Below are positions 34,324 to 47,655 of a DNA stretch of 64,000 nt, in pieces. Under the pieces are notes generated by a model, which worked only from the letters and a program-made list of their open reading frames with translations, was not told the DNA's origin and made no database searches. The first letter of the stretch is position 1. Each line of letters starts with the position of its first letter. The stretch is from Mustelus asterias. Lineage: Eukaryota. The DNA is taken from the NCBI RefSeq assembly GCF_964213995.1, contig NC_135808.1:20460001-20524000 (forward strand), written 5' to 3'. The position numbers were made by a program, and so were the translations under genes.

Positions 34324-37300
34324 CTGTTTGAGCAGAAATAAAGCATTAATGCAAATAACACCTGGACATATTCGGAAAGCTAATAGAATATTGTCATTTA
34401 TTGTGAGCGGAATCGATGGCAAAATTAGGCAGGTTACGCTTTAGTTGTGCAGGGCATTTGGTGAGACCACATCTGGAATATTGTGCATAATATTGCTCTC
34501 CTTATTGAAGGAAGGGCGGCATGGTGGCACAGTGGTTAGCACTACTGCCTCAATGCCAGGGTCTTAAGTTCAATTCTGGCCTCAGGCACTATCTGTGTGG
34601 AGTTTCCACGTTTTCCCTGTGTCTGTGTGGGTTTCCTTTCGGTGCTCTGGTTTCCTCCCACACTCCAAAGGTGTGTGGCGTCGGTGGATTGGGGTGGTAA
34701 ATTGTCCATTGTGTGAGGGGATTAGTAGGGCAACTACATGGGGTTATGGGGTAGGGCTTGGGTGGGATTATTGTCGGTGCAGGCTCGATGGGCCGAATGG
34801 CCTCCCTCTGCACTGTAGGGATTCTATAATTCTATGATATTAGTTAGAAATAAGTAATGTCTTATTATGTTGTCTTTGTCAAGACACATGTCAATATATT
34901 TTCATGTGTTTACTGTACTATGGTGTGCAGGGGTATTTTATCCATGGCAATTTTTTTCCAGCTTTCTTGTCGGGATGCAGAATTAAAACTTTAAAATGGA
35001 AGTTTTGGAAGTAACCAACGATTTCCAGCAAACCAGTTGCCTATTCTGACTTTTTTTGTTAATGCGTACTCTATCTCTGTCTTGTAAATTAGCAATTTAT
35101 TGTCAACCAACAATGCCTGTATTGTGGGCAATTCAATAATTGGCTTTCAATGCCCCAGAGTCATCAAACTATGGAATTGGACAATATCTTTGAATATTTA
35201 AAGTAGCTGAATCTGGTTTGAGTTAACAATGTGATTGGTGGCATAGAAATTGAGAAGGATTAATGGAGAGATGCATAGTTTGAGTTATATGCAAGTATAA
35301 TATGCAATAACTTATGATGTTGGATGGTAACATGCTAATTGGCATGGCATGGGCATGGGGCGGCACAGTGGTTAGCACTGTGGCCTCACACCACCAGGAT
35401 CCCAGGTTCAATTCCAGCCTTCGGTCACTGTCTGTGTGGAGCTTGCACTTTCTCCCCGTGTCTGCGTGGGTTTCCCCCAGGTGCTCCAGTTTCCTCCCAC
35501 AGTCCAAAAATGTACGTGTTAGGTTGGTTGGCTATGCTAAATTGACCCTAGTGTCAGGGGGATTAGCAGGATAAATGCATGGGATTTCAGGAGTAGGGCC
35601 TGGGTGGGATTGTGGTCAGTACAAACTCGATGGGTCAAATGGTCTCCTTCTGTACTGAAGGGATTTTATGATTTGAAGATCGATATTTTAACAAACCACA
35701 CACAACCTTGTCTTTATCTGCAGGAGTTTGGAGTGTTCGCTTCTCCTCTCTGAAGGCCAGTGTGGAATACTGCACATTATCGACATCATTTGTCTATTTG
35801 AAGGGAAATACATTACTTTATTTAATATATTTAATAGCCAAAAATAAAATTGTCATTGTTTTGTTTTAATTGAACAACACATAAATGCTTATTTATAACA
35901 GTCATAATATTTATGGTGTATAAACACATTTCCTGTCCAGTTTACTTTGCTATCATTTTTACTAGGCTTTCTGGAAAATTTACCAATGAAAATTATAATA
36001 GTACCATACAAATGAATGGTTGTCAGTAGGTGAGATGTTCGCACTGGCTATCAATTAACCCCGATTTCTATCTTGAGTATTAGAAATTGGAGTGATTAAC
36101 TGATTGTGAGTGCGACGTTGGGCATTGTACAGGTTTGTGTCCGTTTTTGGCATTTTCAAAATGGAAATAAAAATGTTTCATTTTTTCACATGAATAGCCC
36201 TGCATTGATTTAGAATCAGAATCATTGTTATTATCAATAATATTTTAAGTCTGAACATTTTAAGTCTTTATGCATGCATTACTTGGTGCAGTTGTGAACG
36301 ACAGCAAATAAGAAGACCCGAGGCTTGTTATTCTTGCTGGTCTCTGGTAGGATCTTTGAATTTGGAGCAGCAGATAACTTAAGCTCCCATTTGTTGGGAT
36401 GGTGGAAACAAGCTACAGTAGCTTTCAATGGTTTAGTTTGACATCACACAAGTAAATACTTTGCTTGATGTCTATTACATTAGAACCTCACCATGCTTTC
36501 TCTGGAGGCTCCAACTCAATGATTTAAAACTAATCCATGCTGCAGAGGATAACTCGAAAGCCATAACTAAGTAGGAGAGCAGAAACAAAGAAAGAAATCG
36601 ATGGCTTGGATTTCTATTAGAAGCTACATATCACCAAAATAAGCTGCAGTGATTAATGTTAGGAAGAAATTGATACATCAGCCCAAAAAAATGAAGAAAA
36701 ATTGCATTTACCACATAAAGGTTCAATCAGACTGGTTTTAAATCTGCTGCTGTAATCATACAATTGATTTTCTTTGTAGTGTTAGCAATGCTAGCCTTGC
36801 ATCATAGAATCCCTATAGTGCAGAAGGAGGCCATTCGGCCCATCGATTCTGCACTGACCACAATCCCACCCAAGCCCTATTCCCATAACCCCACATATTT
36901 ACCCTGCTAATCCCATGACACGAGGGTCAATTTAGCAAGGCCAATCAACCTAACCCCCACATCTTTGGACTGTGGGAGGAAACTGGAGCACCCGGAGGAA
37001 AGTCACGCAGACATAGGGAGAATGTGCAAACTCCGCACAGCCAGTGACCTGAGCCCAGAATTGAACCCAGGTCCCCTGCGCTGTGAGGCAACAGTGCTAA
37101 CAGCTGTGCCACCGTGCGGCCCATGAGAAGCAGAGAAACTGAGAAGCAGAGAATACATGAATACAATAATAATGATCACTGCACATCTTAACCAAAGTAC
37201 TGGTGGGTTCTGGGTTAAAATAATAATTGTAGTAAAGAGGAAACTTGATATGGGGCATGCTACTTTCAAGAAGATTCAATTAATAACAGTGCAATCGTGG

Positions 37301-40300
37301 AAAAAAAGACAGCAGAGTCAAACTTACAATTGTAATTTCTGTTTCTGGAACATGAGTTGCTCTTAATTTGTACTGATTGTATTTTTTTAAATACAACGGC
37401 TTCTTAATCCTTTCATTGTTGAAATGATACGTATTTGTAACAAGAGCAACGTTATTGATAAGGAAATTAATTAGCAGATTTGACTGAAAAAGCAGCTTTG
37501 TGGCTTAATTAAAGTTGATCATTAGGTGAAACATAGAAACATAGACGTAGAAAAATGGAAATATAGAAACAGAAACTAGAAGCAGGAGTGGGCCTTCGGC
37601 TCTTCGAGCCTGCTCCGCAATTCATTATGATCATGACTAACCATCAAATTCAATATCCTGATCCCCCCTTCCTCCCATATCCTTTGATCCCTTTAGCCCC
37701 AAGAGCTATACCTAATCTATTCTTGAAATCAGACAACGTTTTGGCCTCAGTTACTTACTGTGGTCGTGAATTCCACACATTCACCACTCTCTGGGTGATG
37801 AAATTTCTCCTCACCTCAATTTTAAAATGTTTATCCGGACCAGCCTGTGCATTATAACTACGTCCTAAAATGAGCTTAAGAAAACTGAACTTAATGCAAC
37901 GAAGTAACCCTCATACCAACAATTATTAACCATTTCTGCCATGCAGCTCCTGTGGGAGTCAGCTGATCCAAAACCTATTGCTGGCTGCAAAGGAAACTTG
38001 ATGATCTGAAGGGTTATAATTAACTTCGGTAAAGCTGATTTTTTTGGAGAACTATGCTGGTCAGCTGGTAGGAATTATTCAAAGGATATTCTAGAACATC
38101 TTCATGTGCTATATACATAATAAATCGATATAAGTCTTAATTATATCTACTTCTGAATAAGCTGCTTTATTTTGAGCATTATATCAAATGATCAGATGAT
38201 CAACCTGAAATGCCGTGCTTAACGAGATTGGCCAACGCGTTATCATGTTGAGTTGCAAGATACCTGGTTGGCATTTCTGGTCGGTGGTCTTCCGTCATGT
38301 CTCACTGTATGATGTGTGGGGAAGAAAAGTAGACAGTTATAAATGTTAATAACCAGCAATCACTGCTTGGACCTAACACACCCTCCCCTGCTAATGATTG
38401 TAATTCATCTGGGCTGGAATTCTGCCATCCCGCCCGCCACTGGAATTCTCGCGGCAGCTCGTTGAAGTCGAGCGGGAATCTCTGGTTTTCAGACGAGCGC
38501 GGTCAGAGAATCCTGCCCAAAGCTTTGTCAAATACCACGGGTTTGATTGAAGTGTAATAAGTTGCCATGAAACATTTACATTTATAATTGGAAATAGTTG
38601 ACATAAAGTTTGGCAAAACAATGCAAACAGAATGTTTGGATTTTTTAACTGAAAATATATACAGAGGTAATATTTCCATACATGATGGATAAAATCACCA
38701 AAGAGATTTTCCGGCCACGCTCGCCCCAAACCGAAAAATCTCACCTGAGGGTCAATGGACTTTTGAATGCTATGAATCCCATAGCAGGCAGGACAGGAAA
38801 CTTCCGGTCCGTATGTCCACCGTTACATAAAATCAGCCAATCTAACCTAGACCTTTGAAGTGATAGAATCCCTTTGACATTAGTGTAGTAACCCTTAACC
38901 TTTCCCAGTTCGTCAACCTGTTTTACAGGAAGATTGTCTTTCCAAAATCCCATGCCTGATTCATTTATCTCCCCTTTCCATCCCTACCAGATTTGAAGCA
39001 TCAATCTTTTATAGAAAACCTGTTCATTAGAATGACTGGACAAAGATATCGACACAATACTGCTCGTGATGATTAAGTAGGATAATCGATTGCAATAAAA
39101 TTGCAATCATCGGCAAGTTTATATTTTCATTACAACAAGAAATGGTCATGCATATAAAAGAAAGATGAAATTCATCGTTTTATTTAATTACTAGCTTTAA
39201 ACTTGGAATTGTGGAGATTATGGATGAATCTTCCGGTCCTGATGGAAACTTTGGCGGACCTTTGATAGGTTCATTGACCTTGGGCGGGAACTTTTGTTTT
39301 CAGGGTGTTCAGGACCAGAAAGTCCAGCTGTCCTTTGTGCAAAGTGGTTAGCATTGTTGCCTCACAATACCAGGGACCCGGGTTCGATTCCTGGCTTGGG
39401 TCACTGTCTGTACATTCTCCCCATCGCAGCGTATGTTTCTTCCGGATGCTCCGGTTTCCTCCCACAGTCTGAAAGATGTGCTGGTTAGGTGTGTTGGCCT
39501 TGCTAAATTCTCCCTCACTGTACCCGAACAGGCACTGGAGTGTGGCAACTAGAGGATTTCCACAGTAACTTAATTGCAGTGTTACTGTAAAGCCTACTTA
39601 TGACACTGATAAACTTCAAACTTATATCTTGTGTATGCTCATTTCCCTATCCGAAGACATAGAAAAATTGGGAGCGATAAACTTTATCATCAGTCCAAAC
39701 TAAAAAGGCACGCTAGTACCCGGAAACAGATTTCTTCAATGTCACAATTTGTAATTGTTGAGCTGATACCTTAGCAGAGTAGAATATTCCAGAAATACAA
39801 TTGATGTATAGTTCAAGTACCGTTAAATAAAGATGCTGCTGCTATGTTAACAGTGTGAAAGAATTGTGATTAAATATAGAAACAATGTGCACCTTTTCTT
39901 TTGTTTCGACGGGAAATGACAGTGATTATCGCTGAGAAGAGGACCAGCACAAACAAGATTGCTGTGATAAGCAGGACAGTAAATGGATCCGTGACATTAG
40001 CCGGCCGTTGCTTTTCATTCCATGTCTTGGCTGTTATAAGAAAACAAATATCATTTATTTTACTTTCTTCCCTCTTCCTCCATAACTGGATGGATTACAT
40101 CATCCTTTACCAGGCAAGAGACAAAGGAAAACGACATACACTTGAATAGAGTTCGTTGTAACGGTCCTTGAGGCTAAGGATGTAATTGTACTGGAAGGGG
40201 TGCAGAGGAGATTCACCAGGATGCTGCCTGGGATGGAACATTTAAGTTATAAAGAGAGGTTGGATAGGCTTGGGTTGTTTGTGTTGGAGTATAGAAGACT

Positions 40301-43300
40301 GAGGGGTGACCTGATTGAGGTATACAAGATTATGAGGGACAGAGTAGATAAGGAGCAGCTGTTCCCCTTAGTTGGAGGGTAGGTCACGAGGGTACATAGG
40401 TTCAAGGTGAGAGGTAGGAGGTTTTGGGGGGATGTGAGGAAAAGCTTCTTTACCCAGAGGGTGGTGACTGCCTGGAATGCGCTGCCTGGGAGGGTGGTGG
40501 AGGCTAGATGTCTCACATCCTTTAAAAAGTACCTGGATGAGCACTTGGCATGCCATAACATTCAGGGCTTTGGGCCAAGTGCTGGCAGATGGGATTAGGT
40601 GGGAGTTCAGGTGTTACTAATGTGCCGGTGGGGATTCGATGGGCCAAAGGGCTTTCTGTTCTTGCTCAGAATCTATGATTCTGTTATTCTATGATACTGG
40701 GTCATCGGCATAGTCATAGAGTGTTACAGCTCAGAAAGAGGCCCTTGAGTCCACCGTGTCTGAGCCAGCTAACAAACACCGATTTATCCTCATCCCATTT
40801 TCTAACACTTGGGCCGTAACCTTGTATGCTATGGAGTTTCAAGTGCTCATCTGAATGTTTCTGAAATGTTGTGAGGGTTTCCGCACCCACCACCTTTTCA
40901 GGCAGATTCCCATGACCCTCTGGGTGAAAATGCTTTTTTTCCTCAAATCCCCTCTAAATGTTTTGCCCCTTACCTTAAATCTATGCCCCATTCCCCCCCT
41001 ACCCCGCCATCCCCGGTTTTTGACCGCTCTGCTCATGCTTCTTCCTATCTTTCCTATCTATGTCTCTCATAATTCTGTAAACCGCAAACAGGCCTCCTCA
41101 GCCTTCTCTGTTCTGGCGAGAACCCCAGCCAGACCAACCTCTCGTCAAAGCTCAAAAGCTCCAACCCAGGCAACATCCTGGTGAATCTCCTCTGCATCCT
41201 TTCACGTGCAATCACATTTTACTCTAAGAAGGAAAGAATACATCAAATGGGCTCAGAACTTTCCGAACTGGGGCTGTGCCTAGCAGTGAAAAACCTTAGA
41301 TTTCTGTTTTCCCGTTTCCTCCCAATTCTCTTCCCTCACCTCGTGGTATTCTAAGGTAGATCCCATCTGTTTCCACGGCTTACTCTTGCTGGAACAGGTC
41401 TCTAGGCTGTTGCCAGAGGCTTATATCTTGAGGGGCATCGCATCAAGCACAGGTTACCAGGGGTATTCCCGGCTCTTAGCGAAGAGATTGACACTCAGCC
41501 CGTTTGGCCGTATAATGAACCAACCATCTTCGGCCACCATCTCCTGGCATGGGACGTAAACACTGAGCTTCTAGTTTAGGGGCAGAACGCGATACAATCT
41601 CCTCCAATACTTCCCTTTTGCCTTCTGGAAAAATTCCCTTACCAAACCTTTAGCATGGTAGAGATGTATTGTTAACCGGAGGGTTTCCGTCTGCTTGTGC
41701 AGATGGGTTCAAATACCTCATCAGGCGGTCGGGAGAGGAGTGGGAATTCATCAAATTTTCTGATCAATGTTTGTCCCTCAACTGAATTAGTACAAGAGTT
41801 TAACCAGTTATTTATTTTGCTATTTGAATGCGTTGATTGTACACAGTTGTTGCCGCGTTTGCTTACATAACAATATCGCAATTGGAAATGAATTGACTGA
41901 TTCAGTTAGGAACATCCTAAAGTGGGCGATCTTCTATTTCCCCAGGAGAGTAGAAGCGGTATTTTCAGATCAGTCAATTCAGCGTTGCCGATGACTTTAC
42001 CCCCACACCTGCCAACTGACACCATGGGTCAGAATTCTCCGGCTGTTCACGCCGGCGGGATTCTCCGTTCCAGCCGGCAGCGCACCCCTGGTCAGATACA
42101 CTGGACTGAGTAAGGAGGCAGAAACCGAACCCAGCCTTGGTAGGAAACTGATTAAGACTGATTTTCATGTGGAAGAACCTTTGATATGGTGAATGATACA
42201 CTGCCCGATTAGCCTGTGGGAGTGGGTCTGATGATGTGGGGAACCACGGTATCTATCACTGAGGCTACTAATTGCCCTAAAAGAGAAATCTGATTGTTTC
42301 CGATCAGTTTCCTACCAACAGCCGGGCTTCCCGCCGGCGTGGAGTGACATCAATGGGAATTCTGATTGACAGCGGCGGGAGCAAAGAATCCCGCCCTGGC
42401 AAACAACGTCACCTTCCGACGCGGGAAACACTGGGCTGGGAGGCCAGAGAATTCATAAAGGTGAAATGTATCCTTTCATTTCAATATCAACCACGTTTAA
42501 GCCAACAATGATCATCCACGGCCAAGCCAACAGAGACTGAACCAAAACTGGGAATTTCTGCTCGCCAGATTAATGCCTGGGATGAAACATGAGATTGAGT
42601 AGAAAAGGAATCTCTTCCATACAGTTTAGATGAAACAGAGGCGAAACTGCGGGTTTGGTGGTGTCGGTGCTGAGCGGTGCTTGCAGAGGTCGAGAGTTTG
42701 GAACTAGGTGTCACAGGATAAGCCGGTGACTGCGGACTGAGGTGGGGAGGACCTTTCTTGCCCACAAAGTTGAGTAATTTTGTAATTGTCTACCTCCGAG
42801 AAATTTGTGGACGCTGAGTTATTGAGTGGTACCAAGGCCGCAAGAAACTACAAAGGGTATTACACAAACCAGCCTCCCATCCATTGACTCCATCTACACT
42901 TCTGCTGCCTCGGAAAAGCAGCCAGCAGAGTTAAGGACCCCACGCACCCCGGACATTCTCTCTTCCACCTCATACGAAAGTCTGAGATCACGTACCAACC
43001 AACTTAAGAACAGTTTCTTTCCTGCTGCCATCAGACTTTTGAATAGTTTTATCATATAGAATCATAGAATACCTACAGTGCAGAAGGAGGCCATTCAGCC
43101 CATCGAGTCTGCACTGACAACCATCCCACCCAGGCCCTATCCCCTTAACCCCATAAATTTACCCCGCTAATCCCTCGAACCTATGCTTGCTGAGACATTA
43201 CGGGGCTATTTAGCATGGCCAATGCACCTAACCTGCACATTTGGACTGTGGGAGGAAATCGAAGGACCCAGAGGAAACCCACGCAGAAACGGGGAGAGTG

Positions 43301-46300
43301 TGTAAACTCCACACAGACAGTGACCCGAGCCGGGAATCGAACCCAGGTCCCTGGAGCCGTGAGGCAGCAGTGCTAACCACTGTGTTACCATGCTGCCCAA
43401 ATGTAAGCATTCGCATTTGTAAGCTGATCTTTCTATTGACCCTACCTGTTACTGTAACACTACACTCTGCACTCTATACTTATCCTTCTCACGTTTGTAC
43501 TCTCTGAATGGTATGATTTGCCTATATAGCGCGCAAGACACAAGAATTTTCCCCGTGTCCCAGCACGCGTGACAATAAAACCAAATCAAATCGATCAAAC
43601 AAAGATATCTGATCACCAAGGTGCACGGGGAAAATGTGGGTATTTGCGGTGAATGTAACAGTTCAGCCATGCTTTTAATCAGTGCTGGAGTAGACTCTAG
43701 TGAACTCATGACCCTTCCTCCTTCTGTTTCTTACCTGATTTCTATACTATTCCAACGAACATAACCTTACATATTGAACCATTGGGAAACTAGACGTTAC
43801 GCTCACTATGAATATATATTTACTTGTCTGTCCATACCATTGAAGTCTATATTGCCATTTTATTCACTTATTTACTAATGATCACAATAGGTCACATGCT
43901 TACCTGTCACAATCAGTTTTGTTCCTGGCCCATAATATTCACCCGCTGTTATAAATCCCACTTTGCAATAATAGGTGGCCGCATCGCTCAATGTCACGTT
44001 TGTTAACTGAATCGAAGCGCTCGTCTTTCCGTCCGATTGCTCCCTATTTGGTCCAATGACCCGGCCTCTGTATTCTGGTGTACTGTTAGAAAGCTCACTT
44101 CCACCTTTACTGTCCCTGTACCACATGTAGACACCGACTCCGCGTAATCCTTCGAGCGTGCAGTACAGCACCGCTGTCTCCCCCTCGGTTACATTGAGGG
44201 ATATTGGGCTTTGAACAACTGCGACCTTCTCAGCACTCGCTGCTGTAAGAGAGTAAAATGTTTCACATTGAAGCCAGAAACCCACGCTGCGTTCAGAGGT
44301 GTTTGCAAACCCGCTCCGAAATTAAACATTGGAATCCCGATGACACAATCCTTATGTGTGCCTGTGTAAATTCAGGTCTTTCATTCTACAGGGATTGACA
44401 GACTAAAATTAAATGATAGCCCATCCATTTCAATAGCGGAGTGCGACATGTCATTCAGCAACTCTAACTTTTTGAAGAGTAAAAGTGAAATCGGTGATTA
44501 TTTTGATGAAGGTTTACGATTCATAGGAATTAAGAGCGGGAGTAGGCAATTCAACCCTTCAAGCCCGCTCCGCCATTAAACATGATCATGTTTGACCTTA
44601 TCCTGGTCTCAACCTCACTTCCCTGTCAGCTCCCCATAGCCCTGTATCCCGCTTTTAATCAGAAACATATCTACACAGAGGTTAGAGCTGCTGCCTCACA
44701 GCGCCAGGGACACGGGTTCAATTTGGGCTTCCGGAGTTTGCCCTCCTTCCCGTGTCTGTGTGGATTTCCTCCCAAGTCCGAGGATGTGCGGATTAGGTTG
44801 ATTGCCCATGTTAATTTGACCCTCGTGTTCAGAGGGGTTAGCAGGGTAAAGGTGTGGGATTACAGGAATACGGTCTGGGTGGGATTGTGGTCGGTACAGA
44901 CTCGATGGGTTGAATGGCCTCCTTCTGTACTGTTGGGATTCTATGGTTCAATTATCCTACTTTCTTGAATCTGTTGATTGATTCTGCTTCCACTGCACTG
45001 TGGGGCAGTGAGTTCCGCAATTCGCAACGCGCTGAGGGCGGCACGGTGGCACAGTAGTTAGCACTGCTGCCTCACCGAGCCAGAATTCAATCCCTGGCTT
45101 GGGTCACTGTCTGTGGGGAGTTTGCACATTCTCCCCGTGTCTGTGTGGGATTCCTCCGGGTGCTCCGGCTTCCTTCCACAGTCTGAAAGACGTGCTGGTT
45201 AGGTGCATTGACCCGAACAGGTGCCTGAGTGTGGCGACGAGGGGGAATTCACAGTAACTTCATTGCAGTATTAATATAAGCCTTACTTGTGACTAATAAA
45301 ATAAAGAAGTAGCAACTAGGTTAATTTACATATAAATTATGAATATTTAAGGTCACCGGATTGCATTCAACATCAGGTAACTAATTTAAAGAAATATGGG
45401 GTACATGATGCAATCTTTCTGTAACAACATTGAGACAAAGGGATTCACAGTGGCACATTGGTTAGCACTGAACCTGGGCCTCTCACAGGGCCAGGGGTTT
45501 GCTGTGTAAATTCAGGTCTTTCATTCTACAGGGATTGACAGACTAAAATTAAATGTAGCCCATCCATTGCAATAGCAATCCATTGCACATTCTCCCCGTG
45601 TCTGTGTGGGATTCCTCCGGGTGCCCCTCTGGACACTTTTGCATCTCTCCCCTCTCACCTTAAACCTATGCCCTCTAGTTTTAGACTCCCCTGCCTTTGG
45701 GAAAAGGTATTGACTATCTACCCTCATTATTTTATAGACCTCTATAAATTTAAAGTTGTAGAAATGATGTATTTAAAGTTGTAGCAATAAATGCGTAATT
45801 TGGGAACACGTGGAGAAAACACAGGGGTATTTGAACATCCCTTCAAATGCATGCCCGCTGCACCGCTCTTGTACATGACTTCTTAAGAACACGTAATAAG
45901 TGCGACCCATTAACATAAACGAAGCAAGGTGCAAGCCTCTGAAACATAATTGTAGTTAAAATATTCAATCACAAAGTTAAAGGACTGCATCAAATGAGCC
46001 ACAGCTATCCTTTGCTCATCTGATTCTACTTTTACCAATAGGTTATAAAATGTGCGTGTCTTTAACTGTCCTGGGAATAATTTTAAATTTTCGCGATAGC
46101 CCAGGTATCCGCTCCCCGTGTTTTATTTGCTGTTCAAATTAAGGAAAGGAAATTCGGACTGTGTGTATAACGGGAGACCCTTCAAACGCCCGTTTGAATT
46201 TTTGCTAAAAGTTATGAATACCTTAGTCATTCTTCAAGGTTCAGGAACAATCAGCTTCGATGTGTTAATGTATTGCTAAATTGACCCGAGTGTCAGGGAG

Positions 46301-47247
46301 ACTTGCAGGGGAAGTATGTGGGGTTACGGGAATAGGGCCAGAGCGGGATTGTGTTCGGTACAGACTCGACGGGCCAAATGGCCTCCTTCTGCACTGTAGT
46401 GATTCTATGATTCTATGATTCTATTAAATAAGCATAGAGAAATTATGAGTGTTGATTTTTTTATATTTTTCTGACAAATCCCGTAGCCTGTTCCTCATCC
46501 ACTATTTACAGCATCGAGTTAAGTAGTGGGATCCAACTGGCGATAGTTGTCTATCACAGCACCAAACCTCCATGTTTTATTTATGGGGAGACGGCGGCGC
46601 AATGGTATTGCTACCGGTCCGGTAATCCCGAGGCCCAAACTGATGTGCTGGATACATGAGTTCAGATGAATAGTGGAGTTGATGGATAGTCTCAGCAACG
46701 GTGGCTGTGAAGCTTCCATTGACTGTCGTTGGGAACCCCCTCCCTGGTTTAGTGTGTCCGACATGCGACTGAGGCTGAACAACACAACGCATTGCCCACA
46801 TTCGATGAAAGAATTTTTTTCAAGCCTTTGCTGATGTAGATAGTCGGATTGGTGCCAACGAAGTTCAATCGGTCTCGGAAGTCATTGCGTAGTCAATATC
46901 CCATCATGTCAGATTAGGGGAAAACAAAACGCCAGCTTGGAACTCGAGGGAAGACCATTCCAGCCGAGGTCTGAACCCTTGTGCTCACAGGGTTATAAGA
47001 GGAACTTGTGTATTGCTGCCCCATCCACATTGAATGAAATGAAAGAAGATAACTGAAGGGACATTCCTGCCTGGAGTAAATCGCCTGTTGAGCATGGATT
47101 GTTCTGTGTCAATGTGATAACATGTCTACGCGTGGTAAAGCTCATGGATGACAATGCGTTGCGTTCAGCTTTATACCAAAATGTGAATTCAGGAAAGTAC
47201 TTACCCAAACCAAGAACCAGGATGCAGAGCTCGGAACTGGAAACCAT
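34276..47247 (-). CDS. Gene B (whole model): NKp30/NCR3-like single VJ-Ig receptor, uncharged TM, ITIM plus ITIM-like motif, inhibitory type, 231 aa
   Basis: Exons 47247-47205, 44242-43904, 40030-39893, 38304-38264, 35793-35707 and 34323-34276 give a 696-nt open frame: MVSSSELCILVLGL-AASAEKVAVVQSP...YYCKVGFITAGEYYGPGTKLIVT-AKTWNEKQRPANVTDPFTVLLITAILFVLVLFSAIITVISRRNKRK-VRHDGRPPTRNANQ-TNDVDNVQYSTLAFREEKRTLQTPADKDK-ANETAQYCSLKINEV*. Confidence 0.85.
34514..34836 (+). mobile_element. HE1-type V-SINE (tail a)
   Basis: Head, V-domain and CR1-like tail are present. Confidence 0.87.
35357..35672 (+). mobile_element. HE1-type V-SINE (tail a)
   Basis: Head, V-domain and tail a are present. Confidence 0.87.
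35707..35793 (-). CDS. Gene B ITIM exon (TNDVDNVQYSTLAFREEKRTLQTPADKDK)
   Basis: 87 nt, phase 0-0, ttcccttcaaatag|A ... AAG|GTTGTG. VQYSTL is a canonical ITIM. Confidence 0.82.
36800..37121 (-). mobile_element. HE1-type V-SINE (tail a)
   Basis: Full head-to-tail copy. Confidence 0.88.
37530..37830 (-). mobile_element. CR1 3' end
   Basis: (agaaacat)n-like tail and CR1 3' sequence. Confidence 0.7.
38264..38304 (-). CDS. Gene B cytoplasmic exon (VRHDGRPPTRNANQ)
   Basis: 41 nt, phase 1-0, catcatacag|TG ... CAG|GTATC; homologous to gene A 12391-12351. Confidence 0.8.
39335..39622 (+). mobile_element. HE1-type V-SINE (tail b)
   Basis: Head, V-domain and tail b are present. Confidence 0.85.
39893..40030 (-). 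CDS. Gene B exon 3, stalk plus uncharged TM (FTVLLITAILFVLVLFSAIITVI) plus RRNKRK
   Basis: Acceptor tttgttttcttataacag|CC, donor AAG|GTGCAC, 138 nt, phase 1-1. Confidence 0.88.
40175..40695 (+). mobile_element. CR1 3' fragment
   Basis: ORFs 40200..40382 and 40407..40598. Confidence 0.9.
40710..41220 (-). mobile_element. Degenerate CR1 3' fragment, tail-to-tail with the previous one
   Basis: ORF 40839..41036 contains GHRFKVRG..FTQRV. Confidence 0.75.
42826..43600 (+). mobile_element. Rex1/Babar-like LINE 3' end split by a minus-strand HE1-type SINE (~43055-43398)
   Basis: ORF 42826..43059 contains LPSIDSIY..SRTNQLKNSFFPAAIRLLN; (caaat)n tail at ~43580. Confidence 0.7.
43904..44242 (-). CDS. 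Gene B exon 2, VJ-type Ig V-set domain
   Basis: Lies within ORF 43875..44285. Acceptor ctctcttacag|C (NAGNAG), donor CAG|GTAAGC, 339 nt. Contains LYC, WY, DAATYYC and YGPGTKLIV. Confidence 0.93.
44678..45305 (+). mobile_element. Two HE1-type V-SINEs (44678-44946 tail a; 45036-45305 tail b) inserted in a minus-strand CR1 3' end
   Basis: CR1 tail sequence at 44520-44675 resumes at ~44950. Confidence 0.8.
47205..47247 (-). CDS. Gene B exon 1, signal peptide MVSSSELCILVLGL
   Basis: Start of ORF 46993..47247; 43 nt with a consensus phase-1 donor G|GTAAGT. Confidence 0.85.
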
Positions 47248-47354
47248 GCTGACTGCTGCTTGAATGCAACTAAATTATTCACAGTTTATTCGTGGAACTG
47301 AGAGAAGATCACAGCTCATGTTTTAAATAGATGTTTATGCCAATGAAACCGACT

Positions 47355-47372
47355 GGATGTGACGCAATGGAA
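47355..47372. promoter_or_regulatory. Conserved proximal promoter block of gene B (GGATGTGACGCAATGGAA)
   Basis: Matches the gene A block. It has an ETS-like GGAT core overlapping a C/EBP-ATF-like TGACGCAAT. Confidence 0.5.
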
Positions 47373-47655
47373 AATATCAGATGAAGATTATTTTTCTCTC
47401 ACACTTAGTTCGTGCTTCCACTGCTTTGAGGTTTTCAGTGTCTCGTACTGGCCGGCTTCTGAACTATAGGTTCAAAGAAAGTGAGGTAGGAGATGCATAC
47501 CGTTAGGGGCACGTGCGAAATTGCAGGACCGCAAAGCTTTGTGTGTTTGCAACTGCTTTATTCAAAGAATGAGACTGAATCAACTACAGACCAAAGAGTT
47601 TGCGGATTAGGGGAATTGGGGAAACGTTCTTCCTCCCAATAAAAATAATGACATG

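Noticed and set aside
38880-38940. Possible extra mini-exon (cag|GTTGACGAACTGGGAAAG|gt) in gene B
   Set aside because: It would introduce a TGA in the required phase-1 frame, and the TM exon splices in frame to 38304 without it.
43875-44285. Calling the V exons TCR or Ig variable segments
   Set aside because: The J-like strand is in the same exon, the next in-phase exon is a TM exon, and no D/J/C segments are visible.
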